Assembly: GCA_038087875.1 (NCBI GenBank)
Contig: CM075994.1
Span: 8,496,001-8,560,000 of the forward strand
Reading direction: 5' to 3'
Length of the DNA: 64,000 nucleotides
Origin: Malacoraja senta
Taxonomy: Eukaryota
Positions 56,844-64,000 of the stretch are shown here, piece by piece (position 1 is the first letter of the stretch; each line of letters begins with the position of its first letter). The position numbers and the translations under genes were made by a program. A model generated the notes under the pieces. That model was not told the DNA's origin and did not search any database. It was given only the letters and a program-made list of their open reading frames with translations.

Positions 56844-59800
56844 GCAACCATGCCATCAGTCACACACCCCACCCACCCCACCCTGGCTAATTAAGAGTGA
56901 AAAGTGCACTCTTAATAACAAATAACAAATAACAAAATTTAACAAACCAGCCCTTAGTCTGGCAGAACCTGCAAGACTGTAAAGTATGATAAAAAAAAAA
57001 GGTCGCCATTTGTGAAAACATTTATCTGTACATCCCCTCAATGTATATTTAATTTTCTCAAGTTTAAGAAAAAAACACTTCATCTTTCAGCCACTGTGAC
57101 AGAGGGTGGGTTAGGAGATTTCCACTGTAGGAGTAGGCGACGTCTGGCTATTAAAGATGTAAAATTAATAATTGATTTTTGCACAGAGTTTAATCGACCT
57201 TACTTATCCGGGGCCCCAAAGATGGCAATCAATGGACAGGGCTGTAGAGGTATTCGGTAGACATTATATTAAAGTAGCCGGACCAACTATTATGCAATCG
57301 TGGACAAAGGAAAGACATATGGCTCAGATGACAGTGTGGGCCCGAACATCTATCACATTTATCCTCCACCTCTCGATAAATCCCAGACAGTCTTGATTTA
57401 GACAAATGGACCCTGTGTATAACCATAAACTGAATAAGTGCAAGACGAGCGCAAGACGTGACAGTACATAGCCCACCCACAACGTTTTCCCACCACTCCT
57501 CAGTAAGTTGAAGTCCCAGCTCTTCCTCCCAAGTAGCCCTTGTTTTAGAGTTGGACTGATCGCAAAGATCCAGAATGGGGTTTATACATCTCTGAAACAA
57601 TCCCCCTTTGTTGTGTCTTGAAAGTAAACAAACTATTTAATTTCTGTGTGGTTTCAGGCTATAATCTAGGGCGGCACGGTGGCGCAGCGGGTAGAGCTGC
57701 TGCCTCACGGCGCCAGAGACCCGGGTTCTATCCTGACTTCGGGTGCTGTGTGTTTGTGTGGAGTTTGCACGTTCTCCCTGTGACCCGCGTGGGTTTCCTC
57801 CGGGTGCTCCGGTTTCCTCCCACATCCCAAAAGACGTGCGGGGTTGTAGGTTAATCGGCCCCTCTGTAAATTGCCCCCCTAACGTGTAGGGAGTGGATGA
57901 GAAAGTGGGATAACATAGAACTCGCGCGAGAAAAGACACAAAGTGCTGGAGTAACTCAGGCAAATCACAGGAGAACATGGATATGGAAACCAGACTCACC
58001 CCCTGAGTTACTCCAGCACTTTGTGTCTTTTTCTTGTAAACCAGATAATGCCCAGATAATGGTTTATAACATTACAGTGGATTAAACAGTGGGATAATAT
58101 ATAGACCCAGTGTGAATGGGTGATCGATGGTCAGCATGGACTTGGTTCCATGCTGTACCACTAAACTAAACTAAACTAATCTAAACTAAACCAAACTATA
58201 CTAAACTAAACTACACTACACTAAACTACACTAGTAACATAGGAAATAGGTGTAGGAGTAGGCCATTCGGCCCTTCGAGCCAGCTCTGTCATTCAATATG
58301 ATCATGGCTGATCATCCAAAATCAGTACCCCGTTCCTGCTTTCTCTCCACATCCCTTGATAGATTCACAACTCTCTGGGTGAAAAGGTTTTTCCTCATCT
58401 CAGTTCTAAATGGCCTACCCCTTATTCTTAAACTGTGACCCCTGGTTCTGAACTCCCCCAACATGGGGAACATGTTTCCTGCATCACTAACCCAAACTAA
58501 ACTAAACAACAAGAAACTAAACTAACCTTATTCATAGGACTCTGCCTTTATCGAGCTATACTACAAGTTGCAAAAATACTGCAAAGTGCTGGTGTGACTC
58601 GGCGGGTCAGGCAGTAGTCTAGTTCAGTTTAGAGATACCGTGTGGAAACAGGCCCTTCGGCCCCACCGAAGTCAAGAGTCAAGAGTGTTTTATGGTCATA
58701 TGTTCCAAACAAGCTATCAAGATTTAAATCGTCCCCACACTCTTAGCTCTTGCCAACAAATCTCTTCCCGACTGCCTGTTTCAACAACATTGAGGCCCGC
58801 ACAGTATCCAGCGATAGACACAGAATGCTGAAGTAACTCAGTGGGACAGGCAGCATCGCTGGAGAGAAGGAATAGGTGACGTTTTGGGTCGAGACCCTTC
58901 TTCAGACTGAGAGTCAGGGGAGGGGGAAGCGAGAGATATAGACGGTGATGTAGAGAGATGGAGAACAAATGAATGAAAGATGCAGAAAAGTAACGATGAT
59001 AAGGGAAACAGGCCATTGTTAGCTGTGGGCTAGGTGAAAACGAGTTACAGACAATGAGACTCAACAAGATGACTTTGAACCTGGAACATCGATGGGTGGG
59101 GGAGGGGATGGAGAGAGAGGAAAAGCAAGGGTTACTTGAAGTTAAAGAAGTCAATGTTCATACCGCTGGGGTGTAAGCTGCCCAAGCGAAATATGAGATG
59201 CTGTTCCTCCAATTTGCGTTTGGCCTCTCTCTGACAGTGGAGGAGGCCCTAGACAGGAAGGTCAGTGTGGGAATGGGAGGGGGATTAAAGTGTTTGGCAA
59301 CCGGGAGATCAGGTAGGGATGGGTGACTCATAGGGTAGGGATGAAGGGACGGGGATGAGAGGATTAGAGGAGGCCCAGGATCCAGGGCCACTGGTTGTCC
59401 TTGTAGAGTGTGAACTCTAGGCTGATGTGACAGTAGAAAGCCTCACAATCCTCTCTGCAAGAGGAAATGGGGTAAGGTCCATACGACCAGCCCCTCAGCT
59501 GCACCTGATAAAGTTCACAAGTTCACAAGTTATATGAGACCCTTCTTCAGACTGACGTCAGGGGTGAGGGAGATACAAAGATAAGCAAGTGTAGGGTGTG
59601 AAAACAGGACAAAGGGGATGGAGATCCAGGAGAATGTAGAATAGATCTTTGTTAGCGGGGAGAAGGTGACAACAAAGCAAACTGAGATAAAACGTATTCG
59701 GAGACAGTAAGAAGAATCTCGATCCGAAACGTCACCTGTTCCTACTCTCCAGAGATGCTGCCCGACCCGCGGAGTTACTCCAGCACGTTGTGTCTATGTT

Positions 59801-60107
59801 CGGTGTAAACCAGCATCTGCAGTTCCTTCATACACATGAAGTATTTGGTAGGTTTGGCCGATTGTGGGCCGAAGGGCCCGTTCCTGCGCTGTACCGTTGT
59901 CGGAAAGACGTCAATTTGTGTGGGGTGGGGAGTGCGTGAAACAGAAATGCGGAAGGATGCAAGTTGAAATAACTCAGAGAGTAACACAGAGAGAGAGAGA
60001 TACTTGATACCGAATCCTGAGAAGGGAGTGGAGCGTCCAAGATCTCCATTCAGTCCAAGACGACCATGAGAGAGGGAGAGAGAGAGGGAGAGAGAGGGAG
60101 AGAGAGG

Positions 60108-61315
<1,208 letters not shown>

Positions 61316-61375
61316 GATACCGAATACTGAGAAGGGAGTGGAGCGTCCAAGATCTCCGTTCAGTCCAAGTAGACC

Positions 61376-61574
61376 ATGGTCAGGGACGCTCGTTACAGGG
61401 ACGAAGGCGGCTTCTTTAAGGTATTTTTCTCGCGTTTGGACCAGCTCGGCCATAACCCAGGCAACTCCACTGGTCAGGCAGCTGAAAAATGACACTTCGA
61501 TGTGGGACTGTTCTCCGTCATACGTATTTGTGGTCCTCTTGTTGGCAATCTTGATTTGGATACTCTTTAGGTGA
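61376..61574 (+). pseudogene. Third, diverged and internally deleted paralog of the 188-aa ORF
   Basis: Nearly the same first 28 codons (MVRDARYRDEGGFFKVFFSRLDQLGHNP), a ~350-nt deletion with frameshift, then TPLVRQ...YVFVVLLLAILIWILFR*. Confidence 0.6.
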
Positions 61575-62187
61575 AAACAATAAGACCCTGGTGTGTGCTG
61601 GCGCCGTGGGGCCTGTGGAGAGGAGAGACGAGGAACTGCAGATGCCGTTTAACCCCCCCAGTTAAACACAATCCTCCTCCCCCTCCCCATCCCTCTCCCT
61701 CTCCATCTCACACTCCCTCTCCCACTTCTCCTCCCCCTCACAATCCCTTCTGCACCTCCCACTAGAATACCCCCTCTCCCTCTCCATCCTTTTCCCCTCC
61801 CACGTCCCCTCCCTAACGCCCCTCGCCCTCATACCCCTTATTCCCCCCCTTCTCTCCCACTATCCCTCCCACCCTCCCTCTCCCCCTCCCCCTCCCCCTC
61901 CTTCTCCCCAATGAGATTGGATTTTGTGTCAGAATATTTTATCAGTCACCTGACTCCACGATGATTTTATTTCCAATGATATCACCACTATCACAGCAGT
62001 GTCTGAACAGTGCAGGAAGGAACTGCAGATGCTGGTTTTAAACCGAAGACAAAAATGCTGAAGTAACTCAGCGGGTCAGGCAGCATCTCTGGAGATAAAG
62101 AATAGGTGATGTTTCGGGTCAGTCTGAAGAAGGGTCTCGACCCGAAACGTCACCTATTTCTTTTCTCCAGTGTCTTAACAGTGTTCT

Positions 62188-62535
62188 TTTTTTTTAAATA
62201 ATAATTTTATTAGAAGCAATTGTGCAAGGAGAAAGTAATCGACATAACAATTATACAATTTTTGTACGGCTTAAATTTTAACATTTTATAAACTAATAAC
62301 TAAATCGGAAAAAAGAAAAAAGGAATGAAGGGAAAGAAAGAAAAAATAAATAGAAAAGGAAGAATCTCGAAAAGGACACGAAAAAAATAAGAGAAAAACC
62401 CTACAACTAACGAAGAAGTGAAAGAAGCGGAGATATATCCCACTACCCTTCCCTACGCCCGCTCACCCGACTCTAGCGTCGGTTTTGAATTTGTGTTCAA
62501 CCATTATGTTGTTGAAGAAATTCAATAAAAGGAGA
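62188..62535 (-). mobile_element. Short L1-like 3' UTR insertion
   Basis: Poly(T) start, flanked by direct repeat taacagtgtt, and absent from the homologous position in units A and B. Confidence 0.65.
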
Positions 62536-63034
62536 TGTAACAGTGTTGTTAATACATAGTGCAGTGCTGTGTACTCAGTGAAAGTGGCAGACAAACGTTC
62601 AACAAGACAAATTCTGGTTTGTTTTAATCTAAGGATAGTAATTTTCAATGTTTAAAAACTCACTTCCAGAATTCCCTGCTGAAATATGACCTGTAGATTA
62701 CTTATGAGTAGTTTAACCTATGATGAGCGTTTGTTGGCACTGGGCCTGTACTCGCTGGAGTTTAGAAGGATGAGGAGGGGACCTCATTGAAACGTACGGA
62801 ATAGTGAAAGGCCTGGATAGAGTGGATGTGGAGAGGATGTTTCTACTAGTGGGAGAGTCTAGGACTAGAGGTCACAGTCTCAGAATTAAAGGACGTTCCT
62901 TTAGGAAGGAGATGAGGAGAAATTTCTTTAGTCAGAGGGTGGTGAATCAGTGGAATTCTTTGCCACAGAAAGCTGTGGAGGCCAAGTCAGTGGATATATT
63001 TAAGGCAGAGACAGATAGATTCTTGATTAGTACG

Positions 63035-64000
63035 TGTAAAGGATTGATATCGAGACATCGTTACTTTACTATCTTTATTCATACTGGACATTATACATTG
63101 CACTAGCTGTACGTGGTCTGTCACAGGAACTAGAGAGCGATCTGTGGGTGTGGAGGTTGTAGTTATACTTGTAATATGGGGAGTGGTTAGTGGGTGTGAG
63201 GTCACTATGTTAAAGGCACATGCATATCTCATCTACATCCTTCCTCCCCGAAACGACAGGCAAATACAAAGGTGACATGGCGACCACGGCTCATGCGCTA
63301 GGATAGCTAGGCAACATCGCCATAGCGGTCAGGCGGTTTGACCAGACGTCCCGCCCGGGTTCGCGTCTCGCCATCCACCCTTCCTGGAGGAGGAAGAGGC
63401 ACCAGCGGGGACAGACGAACCTGAAAGGGAGAAACGGGAGGAAACGGAAGAGATCGCGGCACCGAAACCGGAGGGGATGCGGGGCCGGGACCGGGGAGAG
63501 CGCGGGGAGGCGTGCGAGGACTAGTCGGAGTGTGTTGGAGCGGAGGGGGCGAAGGAGGAGCAGAGCGAGGCATGCAGGGAATCACGGGCAGGGCAACGGC
63601 CGGACGGGAAACAGGCAGCGGGGGAGCAAAGGGATCGGCGGGAGGAGGACGCGGCTCGTGGACGAGCCGAAGGTGCTGGCGAGACCGTCGGTAAATGGTC
63701 CCAGCGTAGTCGACGAAATAGGACCTGGGCGACCCCGCAGAGCCGACGACAGTAGCGAGCTTGGAGTGACCGGGAGTGGTCTGCATACGGACTACTTGAC
63801 CGGGGAAGAGGGGCGGCAGCGGGTGGCAGGACCTGTCATGGGACCGCTTTTGGACGTCTTGCCTGAAGGCAATCCGTTTCTGAACCGCCGCAGGTGGAAG
63901 GACCGAGGGTATGAGGGATCGCTGGGCCACCGGGAGTGGGAGCCTGGTAGCGCGAGACAGGAGCCGCTGAGCAGGGGAACCCATGGCAGGGTCGCGAGAG
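63035..64000 (-). mobile_element. Gypsy-type LTR retrotransposon 3' end (LTR 63035-63237, PPT 63238-63249, integrase C-terminus 63307-63984)
   Basis: LTR termini TGTA...TACA and adjacent polypurine tract GGGGAGGAAGGA on the minus strand. ORF with SPAQRLLSR, PRSY, YRRSRQHL and RTRAGRLVKPPDRY. Confidence 0.9.

Larger units (their letters stand above)
47366..58518 (+). repeat. Tandem segmental duplication: unit A 47366-52928, unit B 52929-58512
   Basis: Near-identical ~5.6-kb copies. GAAACT at all three boundaries (47366, 52929, 58513). Confidence 0.95.

Overview
This is repeat-dense vertebrate DNA, most likely a cartilaginous fish (skate/ray), inferred from HE1/V-SINE-like, CR1, Penelope and DIRS repeats. 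Bases 833-29711 hold the last seven coding exons and the polyA signal of an intact complement C4 gene (+ strand, all GT-AG, phases consistent). Its introns are swollen by nested retroelements: CR1, L1, Tx1, two near-complete DIRS1-type tyrosine-recombinase elements and a solo LTR. Downstream of C4 is an unstable patchwork. It contains an isolated BCL7A-like exon 1 split by a 508-bp TIR transposon, an isolated copper amine oxidase fragment, and a decayed hAT transposon carrying nested Zisupton-like, Penelope and L1 insertions. It also contains a block repeated about four times, including a 5.6-kb tandem duplication with a 6-bp microhomology junction. That block carries an unrecognised intronless 188-aa ORF with a C-terminal transmembrane-like tail, present as one intact copy and two disrupted paralogs. 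The window ends inside a Gypsy LTR element. Family assignments come from recalled motifs only; no database search was run.
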